Positions 9,817-20,130 are shown, numbered from the stretch's first letter. The stretch is DNA of 64,000 bases from Promethearchaeota archaeon (GCA_048939995.1 JBHLOY010000001.1:1-64000); one strand, 5' to 3'. Notes: generated by a model from the sequence alone, not told the origin. A program made the numbers and translations.

Positions 9817-9907
9817 TGTAAAATCTCATAAAATTTTGATTTTAAAAATTTATTAATTATATTATTAAATTAGGTTCAATTCAATTAAAACTTTAAAAAA
9901 CCTTGAC

Positions 9908-10636
9908 TTAACTAGGGAGAATTTTAGTGTAGGTTTTATTATCATTTTTTTTGTATCTAAAGAAATTAAAAATCATCAAATCTTGACTAGCTCCATTTAG
10001 AATTATACAAGGAATTTTATAGGTGTCTATTAATTTTGCTATATAAGGATCAATTGGTTTTGAATCAATTTTTAAATCTTGTTCGGAAAAGTGGAAATTT
10101 AATAACCCTCTTTCTTCTCTTAATTTAATTAATTCTGTAGTGGAAATTTCTTTTATAATCAACTGATTAATGTCGATAATCCCATCTATATCCTTTATCA
10201 AAAAACATTTATCTAAGCTGAACTCATGTGCTAAAAATAATGTGATTGAATCTGAAGTTACATCCCAACTATGAGGCAGTTTATCTTTCATTTTCAGATA
10301 TTTATAAGGTAGAAATATTGTAATTATATTATTCTCGTTTATAATATCTTCAAAGTCATCAAGCATCTCCAAATGAGGGAATTTTTTATTTATTTCAATT
10401 CCATTAAAATTCATAGAATAAATGGCAAACCAATGAGCTAGTTCCTCATCAAATTCAAATTCAAATTGTAATTTTCTCACAAAATTAGCTAAGGATCCTC
10501 CACCAGGAATTAAAATTATTTTTTGAATAACATTATCTTCATACAGCTGAGTCAATTGAGCCATACAATTAATCAGATATTTACTGTTATCTAAAATTTT
10601 ACCCCCAATTTTAAAGATCGCTGCTCTGATTACCAT
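9908..10636 (-). CDS. mfnE: Amino-acid-kinase family, MfnE-like (methanofuran biosynthesis)
   Basis: KIGG, IPGGGSLANFVR, LPHSWDVTSDSI, KDIDG; overlaps the mfnF-like gene. Confidence 0.75.
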   Translation of the reverse strand: MVIRAAIFKIGGKILDNSKYLINCMAQLTQLYEDNVIQKIILIPGGGSLANFVRKLQFEFEFDEELAHWFAIYSMNFNGIEINKKFPHLEMLDDFEDIINENNIITIFLPYKYLKMKDKLPHSWDVTSDSITLFLAHEFSLDKCFLIKDIDGIIDINQLIIKEISTTELIKLREERGLLNFHFSEQDLKIDSKPIDPYIAKLIDTYKIPCIILNGASQDLMIFNFFRYKKNDNKTYTKILPS

Positions 10637-11729
10637 GATTTATTTCATTTTTTAATTTATAGAATAGAGCTCCAGCCACAGCTAATGCAGAGGAACTTAT
10701 TTTGTCAGAAGTATTAGTTACAGTTTCAAAATATTGTATATTATCAAAACCTAATTTTATTAAGGTTTTTTTTATTAAAAAGTCTGCTGCTAAACCAGTT
10801 ATTATAAGTAAAGGATTTATTTTAAATTGTGGCAATCTTGAAATAAGCAATTCCATAAAGATCGAAATCTCTGATTCTATAATATCTAATTGCTTCTGGT
10901 AAATGAAATATGCAATTTTTTTTAATTCTTCTTTAGTTACAGTTTCAATATCCATACATATTATGCGTGCTAATCGGGCATAACAATTATCAATAGATTT
11001 TGAGCGATTGTCAGCAGTATCATTAATATATTCCTCTTCAGAGATATTATTCAGAATTCTATGAATATCAGAGATTAAAGCAAACTTTTCAAAAGAAATT
11101 CTCACCACTTCATTTTTATATGGAACAGAATGAGTAATTGAAGGGATAGTCGCTCTTAATCCCCCACTATATATTAATTCATGATTGATTAATCTTTCTA
11201 TATCTGTTTTTCCTAGAGAAACTGGTTTGGAATTGGTAATAGGGATTAAATCAATTGTTGTAGAACCCGCATCAATTAATATACAATGCTCTACAAAGTT
11301 TCCTAGAAAGAGAGCCGTTGAAGCCCAATTAGACCCCGCTATTGTTAAATAATTTTCTTTTGCATTTTCAATATTAACGAATTCAGCATCAGAGTTAATA
11401 AAAAGCATTTTTTCTTTTTTAAATACCTTAGATAAATTTTCTATAATGATTTCAATTCCTTCTCTTTTAGTTTGAAAGGCATCAGAAAGTTCTGCTGTGA
11501 TAGTAATGGATATGAAATCAACTTCTTCAAGCTTGAAATTATTTTGAATTATTAATTTTTTAATGATTCTTTCAAGCATTTGAGGAATATCTTCTAATTT
11601 TTTTTCCCAAATTGGAAAATATTCCATATAGGAAATTGATTTTTTTATTTTAAATTTATCACATAAAATTAAGGCAGCTTTAGTATTCGCTCCTCCAATA
11701 TCCAATCCTAATATTTTTAAATTATTCAT
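10611..11729 (-). CDS. mfnF: Hydantoinase A-like MfnF (methanofuran biosynthesis)
   Basis: GLDIGGANTK, TAELSDAFQTKREG, NWASTA, DAGSTTIDLIP, TADNRSK...ARLARIIC. Confidence 0.8.
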   Translation of the reverse strand: MNNLKILGLDIGGANTKAALILCDKFKIKKSISYMEYFPIWEKKLEDIPQMLERIIKKLIIQNNFKLEEVDFISITITAELSDAFQTKREGIEIIIENLSKVFKKEKMLFINSDAEFVNIENAKENYLTIAGSNWASTALFLGNFVEHCILIDAGSTTIDLIPITNSKPVSLGKTDIERLINHELIYSGGLRATIPSITHSVPYKNEVVRISFEKFALISDIHRILNNISEEEYINDTADNRSKSIDNCYARLARIICMDIETVTKEELKKIAYFIYQKQLDIIESEISIFMELLISRLPQFKINPLLIITGLAADFLIKKTLIKLGFDNIQYFETVTNTSDKISSSALAVAGALFYKLKNEINHGNQSSDL

Positions 11730-11747
11730 AGATTTGTAAAAAAGAGG

Positions 11748-12788
11748 TTATTTATCTCCTGAATATTTATCTTTTAAATCAGAAATTAACTTATCTAGGT
11801 TCTCACCTGTTTTTGCATTCGTCAATAAATACTCTTCATTTTTTAATCCCATTTTTTGTATTAAATAATTGATTTCTGATTTTGAAGCTAAATCCATTTT
11901 ATTAAAGATTATCATTATTTGGATTTTCCCATTTTGAGTAAAATTCTTTTTAATTTCATAGAATAATTCTAGTTGTGAATCTATTGAGTATCCGCAAGCG
12001 GGAGTAGGATCAAAGATAAAAATAATCAAATCTGATATCAATCTCAAAGCTAATATTGCTTGTAGTTCAATATTATTTCTCTTTGCCATTGGTCGGTCTA
12101 AAATACCTGGTGTATCTAAGCATTGAATTTTAATTCTATCAAATTTTCTTGCAATATCTAAATGGCCCATAATTAATTGCTTTGTAGTAAATGGGTATTC
12201 TTGGACTTCGATTTTCTTATTAGTCGATATATTTTTTACTAAACTACTTTTTCCCACATTTGGATAACCAGCGACAACAACACATGGTAAGGTGTAATCA
12301 ATTGAAGGTATAGATCTTAATTTCCCTCTAATTGTATTCAAATATTCGAGATTCTCATTCTGCTTATTTAAAATAGAAGATATCCTCCCAAAAGCAGCAC
12401 GTCTTATTTTGTCTGCCTCATTCGGTGCATTAATATAGCTAAGTTGTTTTGAATACTGACGTTCAATTTGATTTAGTATAGGTAAAATTCCATTTAATTT
12501 CCCTAAGGTTAATTTTAATTTATCAATATCAACAAGGATAGAAGCTAATTCCTTATAGAATTCAGGTAATTCATCTATAATTGGCACACTTTTTATTATC
12601 TTAAGAATTCGTTCTATTATCTCCTGAATTGCTACCTTTATGCGTTTAAATTCCTTTTTTTTTGCCTTTATTAAGATAGGAGCATTTTTAGAAACTTGCG
12701 TTGAACTTTTCATAGCTCTGCTGAAAGCAATATCCAATAAATTTTTAGAGTTAGGAACATGATAAAATTCTAGAAAAGGATTTTTCAT
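11748..12788 (-). CDS. nog1: NOG1-family GTPase (large ribosomal subunit biogenesis)
   Basis: GYPNVGKSS, YPFTTK, DTPGILDRP, NKMD motifs with N-terminal helical domain. Confidence 0.92.
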   Translation of the reverse strand: MKNPFLEFYHVPNSKNLLDIAFSRAMKSSTQVSKNAPILIKAKKKEFKRIKVAIQEIIERILKIIKSVPIIDELPEFYKELASILVDIDKLKLTLGKLNGILPILNQIERQYSKQLSYINAPNEADKIRRAAFGRISSILNKQNENLEYLNTIRGKLRSIPSIDYTLPCVVVAGYPNVGKSSLVKNISTNKKIEVQEYPFTTKQLIMGHLDIARKFDRIKIQCLDTPGILDRPMAKRNNIELQAILALRLISDLIIFIFDPTPACGYSIDSQLELFYEIKKNFTQNGKIQIMIIFNKMDLASKSEINYLIQKMGLKNEEYLLTNAKTGENLDKLISDLKDKYSGDK

Positions 12789-12803
12789 AATAGGATAGAG
12801 AAA

Positions 12804-14138
12804 TTATAATTTAGTTTTTAATTCTGAAATTTTTTCTTTAATATGTGAAATCTCATCTGATACATTGAGAATATCACTTGGGATTGATAGATATAAATCT
12901 AAGATATATTTATAACGATCTAATACTCTTGAAAAATTATTTAAAGATTCTTCCTTAGCTGCTTTTTCTTTTATTAATTCGATCTTTTCTAATTTTGCTT
13001 TTAACTCGGGAGGTAATGCTCTCATTCCATCCAAGATTGTCTCCTGATATTTCTTTTGTTCACTAGACATAGTTTTTAATTTCTTTTCAAAATCACTTTT
13101 TATTTTCTGTTTTGCTATTATTTCTAATTCAAGTGTTTTCTCATACTCTTTTTTATAACGATCGATATTCAATAATTCTTGTTTTAATACTTTTACTTGA
13201 TTTAACCACCCCAAATTAGTAAATATCTCAATTGCTTTTTCAAAGTATAATTTAGCTTGCTCATATTGTCTTTTTTCAATGAGGCTCTTAGCGATATCCA
13301 AATTTTCTTCGGCATTCTTAAGCAATGACTCTTCTTTTAATTTTTGCTCTTTTAGTTGTTTTAACTTCTCTGTACGTTTCTTAATAATTTGAGTTCTTTC
13401 TTCTTTTCGTTTTTGTAAAAATTCTATTTCTGCTTTTTTTTGCTCTTTTTCTAAACGTTCTTTTTCACTTATTTGCTCAAATAATTTATAAGATTTAGAT
13501 TCTTTTAGAGCTACTCCTCTAGGTTTTGTTTTCTTTTCTATTTGTAATTGCATTTTAGGTTTTTTTCTTTCATATAATTCTTCTTGTATCCGTGATCTTC
13601 TCCTTTCAGCAGCAGCTAATGCCAATATATCCTTTACAGGGACTTTTAATTTTGTAGATTTTTGAGTTTTAGTCCATTTTTGAAATTTTTTTATCTCATT
13701 TATTTGCCACAATATTTGTTTTGTTTCAAAATTACAGTTAATCCTCTTAAAGATATCATAGGCTTCATTGTACAATTCCAATGCTTTATCAAGTTCCTCA
13801 TTCAAGGTAAGTTTTCTTGCTTCTTCTAATAAGCTATTCCCTCTGTTTTCTAAGTTTTCTTTATCATTCACTTCCATTTTAATGTACTTTTCAATTGGTG
13901 CTATTTTATCAACTACTTTGGATTCTTCTTTTACTTCTTCTTTTCTAAGACTCTTTATTCTAACAATTTCTTTCAGTATTATCCCAACCTGCCCTGTTAA
14001 TCCTAATTTAGTATATAGATCTCTGGCTTCTAACAACAAGGAAATAGCTTTATCGTATCTATTGTTCTGAATCTCAATTTTAGCATGTTTTTCCAATTCT
14101 TCAGCTTGTTTTAATTGGTCATCTTCGGTATTTTGCAT
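12804..14138 (-). CDS. Helical protein with four MIT/TPR-like three-helix units and charged coiled-coil linkers
   Basis: Repeats such as AKIEIQNNRYDKAISLLLEARDLY, ARKLTLNEELDKALELYNEAYDIF, AKSLIEKRQYEQAKLYFEKAIEIF, AAKEESLNNFSRVLDRYKYILDLY. Confidence 0.6.
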   Translation of the reverse strand: MQNTEDDQLKQAEELEKHAKIEIQNNRYDKAISLLLEARDLYTKLGLTGQVGIILKEIVRIKSLRKEEVKEESKVVDKIAPIEKYIKMEVNDKENLENRGNSLLEEARKLTLNEELDKALELYNEAYDIFKRINCNFETKQILWQINEIKKFQKWTKTQKSTKLKVPVKDILALAAAERRRSRIQEELYERKKPKMQLQIEKKTKPRGVALKESKSYKLFEQISEKERLEKEQKKAEIEFLQKRKEERTQIIKKRTEKLKQLKEQKLKEESLLKNAEENLDIAKSLIEKRQYEQAKLYFEKAIEIFTNLGWLNQVKVLKQELLNIDRYKKEYEKTLELEIIAKQKIKSDFEKKLKTMSSEQKKYQETILDGMRALPPELKAKLEKIELIKEKAAKEESLNNFSRVLDRYKYILDLYLSIPSDILNVSDEISHIKEKISELKTKL

Positions 14139-14253
14139 CTATCTCACTACGTTTTTTTAAGATTAATCTATAATAAATCTAAAACCAAATTTTTTTATAA
14201 AATTATTTAATTAAATAAATTAAAAATTTCAAACTTAGAATGAGACAAAACTC

Positions 14254-15342
14254 ATGGAAAAATTGAAAGTAGGAATTTTAGGAGCTACTGGAATAGTTGG
14301 ACAAAATTACATCAAGCTATTACAAAATCATCCTTGGTTTCAGGTGGTAGATGTTGCAGCTTCCCCAAGATCGGCCGGCAAATCATATGAAGAGGCAGTG
14401 CATCAAAAGTGGCAAATGTCGATAGAAATACCTAATGATTTAAGGGATTTAACAGTTAGAGATGTACAAGATTTCGATTCTATTACTCCTAACTTAAGTT
14501 TTGTATTTTCTGCTATGGATTTGCCTAATAAAGAGGAAACACGTAAGATCGAATTTAAGTATGCTGATAAAGGATTTCCTCTAATAAGTAATAGCTCTGC
14601 CAATCGATGGACATTGGATGTTCCAATGATAATACCAGAAGTAAATCATGAGCATATAAATATAATTCCTATTCAGCAAAAGAATCGAAATCTATCTAAA
14701 GGTTTTGTAGTTGTCAAACCAAATTGTTCAATTCAAAGCTTTGTAACTCCAATATATGCTTTAGAAAGAGCCGAATATAAAGTAGATAAATTAATTATTA
14801 CAACCCTTCAAGCAGTTTCTGGGGCAGGTTACCCTGGGGTTCCCTCACTCGATATAATAGATAATATAATTCCGTTCATCAATGGTGAGGAAGAAAAAAC
14901 TGAGAATGAATCAGCAAAGATTTTGGGATCTATTGGAAACAAGGGGATTGACAATAATGAATCAATTCAAATCAGTACAAATTGTACCAGAGTTCCAGTA
15001 ACTGATGGTCATATTGCATGTACACATATGAAGTTTAAGAATGAAGCACCAAGTAAGGATGAAATTATAAAAATTTGGAGAAGTTTTAGATCTGTTCCTC
15101 AAGATTTGGATTTACCATTTGCACCAAAAAGACCAATTATTTATTTTGAAGAAAATGATAGACCCCAGCCAAAAAAAGATAGAGACAATGATAAGGGTAT
15201 GGCCGTCAGCATTGGGAGATTAAGGGAAGATAATATTTTTAATTTCAAATTTATAGGTTTAAGTCACAATACAATAAGAGGTGCTGCTGGAGGAGCTATA
15301 TTAATCGCAGAATTACTAAAAGTGAAAGGATACATAAATTAA
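14254..15342 (+). CDS. asd: Aspartate-semialdehyde dehydrogenase
   Basis: GATGIVGQ, PNCS catalytic Cys, QAVSGAG, RVPVTDGH, HNTIRGAAGG. Confidence 0.96.
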   Translation: MEKLKVGILGATGIVGQNYIKLLQNHPWFQVVDVAASPRSAGKSYEEAVHQKWQMSIEIPNDLRDLTVRDVQDFDSITPNLSFVFSAMDLPNKEETRKIEFKYADKGFPLISNSSANRWTLDVPMIIPEVNHEHINIIPIQQKNRNLSKGFVVVKPNCSIQSFVTPIYALERAEYKVDKLIITTLQAVSGAGYPGVPSLDIIDNIIPFINGEEEKTENESAKILGSIGNKGIDNNESIQISTNCTRVPVTDGHIACTHMKFKNEAPSKDEIIKIWRSFRSVPQDLDLPFAPKRPIIYFEENDRPQPKKDRDNDKGMAVSIGRLREDNIFNFKFIGLSHNTIRGAAGGAILIAELLKVKGYIN

Positions 15343-15355
15343 TTCATAGAAGATA

Positions 15356-16876
15356 CTAAAATTCGTGTTTGTCAATTGTTAGAGAGAGTAGTTGCTTTAG
15401 GAGAGAAAAAGCTCCTCTTTTCTTTAAGAGCAGATAGGGAGGCAATTCAGGAGTAATTTGAAAAAATTCTTCTTTCTTTATCATTTTGAGTATACTTAGC
15501 AGAGAAAACGGTTTAAGTTTATAATAATTGAAGAAGAAACATTGCATAATTTTTTGAATTATAGCCTTATCAATTTTTATAATAATTGGGATGTATCCGT
15601 ATTTTTCTAAAAATTTATATTTAAATAGTTCAATAGATTCAATTATATTTATATTAAATTCTGAATTATTGATTGAAGTTACTTTATTTAAAGAACCATT
15701 TTTGATTTCTAACATTAGAGAAGATTTAGTAATGATTTTATTATCATCTGTTAATATTATTAATATATTCGAATTCAAGCCGAAATAAGTATCAATAATA
15801 TTAAAGATAAAATCTGGAATTGCCCAGTGAGAAAGCTTTTTTAAATTAAGATTTAATCCAATTAATCGTAACAGAAATCTTAGTAAGGTATTATAAACCT
15901 TTGGACGAGGTGAAACGCTCCAATGAGTTTCAAATGCTCGTATTCCAAAAAGAATTTTTTGAAGGATTAATTTAAGACTTTCTTTTTCTATTGGAAATCG
16001 TAAATCAACCAAATCAAGAATTAATGATAATAAATGATCTTGTCTAAAAATAAATACAGATTCAGTATCGCATTTCTGATGGATTGATTGTAATTCTTCT
16101 TTTGATAAGTAATCGGTTAAATGCTTAGTTGTCTTCAACTTAATAGACAAATTTGGTTTCAAATGTGATTTATTTATAACTGAAAGAAAGGTTAATTCTT
16201 TGGATTGAAAGATTAGTGTCGTTGATAAATCTGGAGTAAGTTTGTCGATTAATTGAAAAAATTTTGAAAATTTTAAATTGCTAGATATTTTAGATAATCC
16301 TTTTAGAAATTGGAGGATATTTGGTTCGGGGAGAAAAAATAATAATTCATCTTGAATTAATTTTTGAAATAGATCTAGAAAGTTCGATATAAAATCGAAA
16401 TCAGAGGACTTTTCTAGATGATTACAATAGGTATTTATCAAATCTATTCCTCTTTTCTTAAATATTCTAACCGAGGCAATTTTAACAGCTTTCTTTTTAA
16501 GAATTTGAGATTGAATCTTGTTAAATAAATTCTCTAAATCTTCAAGATCTGTTTGATTTATTTTCAATAGGTCTTCTGGTATACTCTCAGCAGATTCATG
16601 TATTCCCGCATTTTTAGTGATATATAAATATCCTGCTAACATTTTATTCTCAATTTCATAGTCAGAAAGTATTAGATCCATAACATTTTGTTGATCATTT
16701 ATAAATATAGGATAAAGAACCTTAAAGAGATAGTATAATAAGGATCCCTCGATTATAATAGGAGTGAGGGGAATTCTTACTTCTTCTGATAAATCTTCTG
16801 GTTTTTCTACTAAATTGATCTTTGAATTATAGTTTAGAATTTTTGTCCAATTATTTTTAAAGTATTCGTTTAACAT
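15356..16876 (-). CDS. Hypothetical protein (506 aa), abutting the DUF362 gene
   Basis: Long ORF whose ATG directly follows the upstream stop codon; no recognised motif. Confidence 0.6.
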   Translation of the reverse strand: MLNEYFKNNWTKILNYNSKINLVEKPEDLSEEVRIPLTPIIIEGSLLYYLFKVLYPIFINDQQNVMDLILSDYEIENKMLAGYLYITKNAGIHESAESIPEDLLKINQTDLEDLENLFNKIQSQILKKKAVKIASVRIFKKRGIDLINTYCNHLEKSSDFDFISNFLDLFQKLIQDELLFFLPEPNILQFLKGLSKISSNLKFSKFFQLIDKLTPDLSTTLIFQSKELTFLSVINKSHLKPNLSIKLKTTKHLTDYLSKEELQSIHQKCDTESVFIFRQDHLLSLILDLVDLRFPIEKESLKLILQKILFGIRAFETHWSVSPRPKVYNTLLRFLLRLIGLNLNLKKLSHWAIPDFIFNIIDTYFGLNSNILIILTDDNKIITKSSLMLEIKNGSLNKVTSINNSEFNINIIESIELFKYKFLEKYGYIPIIIKIDKAIIQKIMQCFFFNYYKLKPFSLLSILKMIKKEEFFQITPELPPYLLLKKRGAFSLLKQLLSLTIDKHEF

Positions 16877-18301
16877 TTAAGATTTTCTTCCCTCTTTTTC
16901 CAAAGCTTCAACTTTTTTGAGATTAGTATATGAATCTATTAGATTATAATATAAATTTAATCCAGGAACTTCATCTTGACCGTAAAATTTAATTATAGAA
17001 TAAATCGATTTTAGAATATCAGGTGGACAACCCGATAATTCAAGAATCCTTCTATTTGGAACCATTTTAGTCTTTTGTTTAGTTTCTGCTTTTTCTTTCC
17101 TTTTTATTTTATTCTTAGCAAGTTTAATTATACTTTTACTTTTTTGGGTGATCAATATTCTAAAACTACGGTTTTTTGTACTATTAATTGCACAGTCTCC
17201 AAATATTAAGATGTTCTCTGGAGATTCTGGTTCCTCAGGTTTTTCTCCTATTAAAAATGATTGATTAATTATATATTTCAAATCTTTAGTCATATTTGAC
17301 TTCATTAAATTTAATAAATGATAAGCCCGATTGAAACAACCCGTACAAAATTTGCCTTTTTTTATATCAGTATTTACCAATTCAATATCTTCTAATCTTT
17401 GAACACATAACTTAAACTCTAATTTATGATTGTCTAAACTTTCACCAATAATTTTAATCTTAGATGGATTTGTGATACCTATTTTTCTATTTCGAGCTTC
17501 TAATAAAAGTGGGTGATTTTCATAATCTATCTTCAACAATTTTAACGTTGTAATATCAACCGCAACAGTATCTGCCCCAATAACTACAAAACCAGTCTCT
17601 TTCAAATTCGAATCTTTATAAATAAAAGGTCCAGCGCTTTCTAATAAATAAAAAAGATCGTTTATTATTAAATGCGGTTTTTTTATAGTAAAAACATCTA
17701 AAATGTTGGAAATCAACTCCTTTTTATACAGATCAAGATTTAGATAATTCTTCTCTCCCGTATTTTTAACCTCTTGAAATTTAGTGTCTAGAATTGAATA
17801 AGAATTAATTAACCCCAAAGTACAAGTAAAAATAGGATCTACGTTGACTTGATTAATAGAAATCATCTTATCAGATTCCAAAATTTCTGATGGTACTCTA
17901 AATTCTTTTTTATTCACTTCTATTATCCTTTGAGAGTATTCACCCATATTATCTAATAATAATAAATTTGCTCCATACTTTTCAAAAAGTTTATCAAGAC
18001 CCAAAATCTCAGTAAAAGCTTTAGCTTCAATATATTTAACTGGAAAACTACCGAGGGTTATTTCTTGAGCTCCAGCACTTTCACAAAGAGAAATAACTGC
18101 AATAATAACATCTAAATTAGTATTAGTAGGAAATCCATCTAGTGATTTTAGGTTAATCTTAATAAATACGCGATCTCCCTCATTAATAAACTTAGAAATT
18201 CCACCCAATTTGGAAATTCCTTCTAAAACAGCTTCTTTTGGAGTATTGCCTTTAATTAATGCTACAGATGGAAACTCTGATGTAGATGAGATATCATTCA
18301 T
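16877..18301 (-). CDS. DUF362-family Fe-S protein
   Basis: GGISKFINEGDRVFIKIN, GADTVAVD, CTGC, GDCA, GCPP. Confidence 0.75.
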   Translation of the reverse strand: MNDISSTSEFPSVALIKGNTPKEAVLEGISKLGGISKFINEGDRVFIKINLKSLDGFPTNTNLDVIIAVISLCESAGAQEITLGSFPVKYIEAKAFTEILGLDKLFEKYGANLLLLDNMGEYSQRIIEVNKKEFRVPSEILESDKMISINQVNVDPIFTCTLGLINSYSILDTKFQEVKNTGEKNYLNLDLYKKELISNILDVFTIKKPHLIINDLFYLLESAGPFIYKDSNLKETGFVVIGADTVAVDITTLKLLKIDYENHPLLLEARNRKIGITNPSKIKIIGESLDNHKLEFKLCVQRLEDIELVNTDIKKGKFCTGCFNRAYHLLNLMKSNMTKDLKYIINQSFLIGEKPEEPESPENILIFGDCAINSTKNRSFRILITQKSKSIIKLAKNKIKRKEKAETKQKTKMVPNRRILELSGCPPDILKSIYSIIKFYGQDEVPGLNLYYNLIDSYTNLKKVEALEKEGRKS

Positions 18302-18384
18302 TATAGATTTTTATGGAAAATTCATTAATACAATAAATTGTTAAAATTATATAGTTAATTAAACTTTTATTAAATTCTCTTTAG

Positions 18385-19278
18385 GTGAGCATTATTTTTA
18401 AACAAATTAATATCAATACAATTCTATCTCCCTTAGATAAAAATAATCTTGCTAAGAAGATTGGAATTGACGTTGGTCAAAGTCTTACTAAGATTGCATT
18501 TTTAGAAAAAGAATCATTGATTTTATCAATTGGTGCAACAAAAAATAATTTCCATCAAATTATGAAACTTATTGAAACATTCAAATTGAATCTTAATCAA
18601 ATTAATTTCACTGGAGGGAAAGCTTTTGATCTTTTCAAGAAATATGAAAATAGTTATCATTGCAACTTAATTGATGAATTTGAAGCCAATGTAAAGGGAT
18701 TAGATATTACATTCAGATATAAGAGAAATAAACCCCTTCCTCCTTCTCTTATAATTACAATAGGTACAGGTACATCATTTGTTCTAAAAAATAAGACTAT
18801 TAAACATATAGGAGGTACCGCACTTGGAGGAGGCTTTTTTATGGGAATTATTAAGATTTTATTCAATATTGATGATTATCAAAAAGCAATCACACTTTCT
18901 AAAAAAGGAAATCGATATAATCTCGACTTAAGAGTTAAGGATATTTATAATGCTCAAGATGATAGAGTAGATATTTGGTTTAGAGAATTTACAGCTTCTT
19001 CTTTGGGAAAAATAGATCAAGATACTAATTTATCCTCGCTAAAAAGGGAGGATGTATTGAATTCATTAGTTTGTTTAATAGGTGAAAATATCGGTTCTTT
19101 AGCTTCCATATACGCTAAAAATTATAATATTGGAACTCTTATCTATTGTGGGGGATTTTTAATTAATAATAATCCTTTAGCAACTATTCTTAAAATGATT
19201 TGTAAAATAAATAGACAAAGACTATTAATCGTAGAAAATTCTGAATTTAATGGAGCAATAGGAGCTTTACTTTTTTAA
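18385..19278 (+). CDS. coaW: Type II pantothenate kinase (CoaW/Fumble-like)
   Basis: GIDVGQSLTK, FTGGKA, EFEANVKG, IGTGTS, GGTALGGG, DLRVKDIY, TASSLGK, GAIGAL. Confidence 0.85.
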   Translation: MSIIFKQININTILSPLDKNNLAKKIGIDVGQSLTKIAFLEKESLILSIGATKNNFHQIMKLIETFKLNLNQINFTGGKAFDLFKKYENSYHCNLIDEFEANVKGLDITFRYKRNKPLPPSLIITIGTGTSFVLKNKTIKHIGGTALGGGFFMGIIKILFNIDDYQKAITLSKKGNRYNLDLRVKDIYNAQDDRVDIWFREFTASSLGKIDQDTNLSSLKREDVLNSLVCLIGENIGSLASIYAKNYNIGTLIYCGGFLINNNPLATILKMICKINRQRLLIVENSEFNGAIGALLF

Positions 19279-19307
19279 CTTTTTTTTTTGTTTTTAGTAC
19301 AATAAGA

Positions 19308-19388
19308 TTTTGTGTGCCCATTTGGAGATCTCTATTCATCGAAATTATTATTTAAAATAATACTCTTAAAGACACTATAAATGGGCAC
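19308..19388 (-). ncRNA. Box H/ACA pseudouridylation guide RNA, predicted target 23S rRNA helix 69 (E. coli U1911 equivalent)
   Basis: 10-bp lower stem GUGCCCAUUU/AAAUGGGCAC, pocket AUAGU/CUCC, 7-bp upper stem GUCUUUA/UAGAGAU, K-turn-like GA...GAUGA, ACA 14 nt below the upper stem; pocket complements GGAG-U-N-ACUAU. Confidence 0.75.
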
Positions 19389-19482
19389 TATTAAATTGAA
19401 GAAGTTGATAAACTTAAATCTTTCTTAATGTAAATTAAAGAAGAAAAGAATCAGTTTAGAATAAAACTAAAAAGTTTTTATC

Positions 19483-20130
19483 TTATATAGTTTCTGAATG
19501 TTTTTTAAGTAAATCTTCATTAGTTTTTCCCATTTTAATCGCTAGTTCTGCTATAATTGAATCCAAATATACAAAAGCTGCGATCTCGAAATTAGTACCT
19601 TCTGGTGTAAGTAGAGCCGTATCATCGTGACGATCAACTTTATCACGTTTAGTTCTGCCTTTTAATTTAATTGTAACGTCTGATATTCTTCCCACAATTG
19701 ACTCAGGATGTGAAGTAATAGAAATAATACCATGAGGTTTCACATTATTCACATAATTCTTTAATAAGGACACAACAATCTCGGTAGTCCCTGAACCTGA
19801 TAAAATTATCAATAAATCATTCTTTGTAAGTGCTGGAATTGATGCTAAGTTTGTTACCATATAAACATCTGCTCCTAAATGTACAAGACGTGTTGCAAAG
19901 CATTGTAATATAAATGCGGATCGTCCACTAGCTAATAAAAATAATTTTCGCTTGTTAACAAGAGCGTCATATAAGTAATCTATGAATTTCTGGGTATGCA
20001 TAAAGTATTTGTTTCTTTTTAGATGGATCATGTTATCTTCAAGATTTTTCATCATTAATTCCATAGCACGGAAAAGGATTTCTTTTACTTTCCCATTCAC
20101 TTCAATTTGATTATTAGCTTTATCAGCCAT
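19483..20130 (-). CDS. hxlB: 6-phospho-3-hexuloisomerase (SIS domain)
   Basis: ASGRS, RLVHLG, SGSGTT, PEGTNFE, C-terminal KKH. Confidence 0.85.
   Translation of the reverse strand: MADKANNQIEVNGKVKEILFRAMELMMKNLEDNMIHLKRNKYFMHTQKFIDYLYDALVNKRKLFLLASGRSAFILQCFATRLVHLGADVYMVTNLASIPALTKNDLLIILSGSGTTEIVVSLLKNYVNNVKPHGIISITSHPESIVGRISDVTIKLKGRTKRDKVDRHDDTALLTPEGTNFEIAAFVYLDSIIAELAIKMGKTNEDLLKKHSETI

Noticed and set aside
9908-11729. Evidence for methanogenesis
   Set aside because: Methanofuran biosynthesis also serves the archaeal Wood-Ljungdahl pathway; no mcr or mtr genes are in this window.
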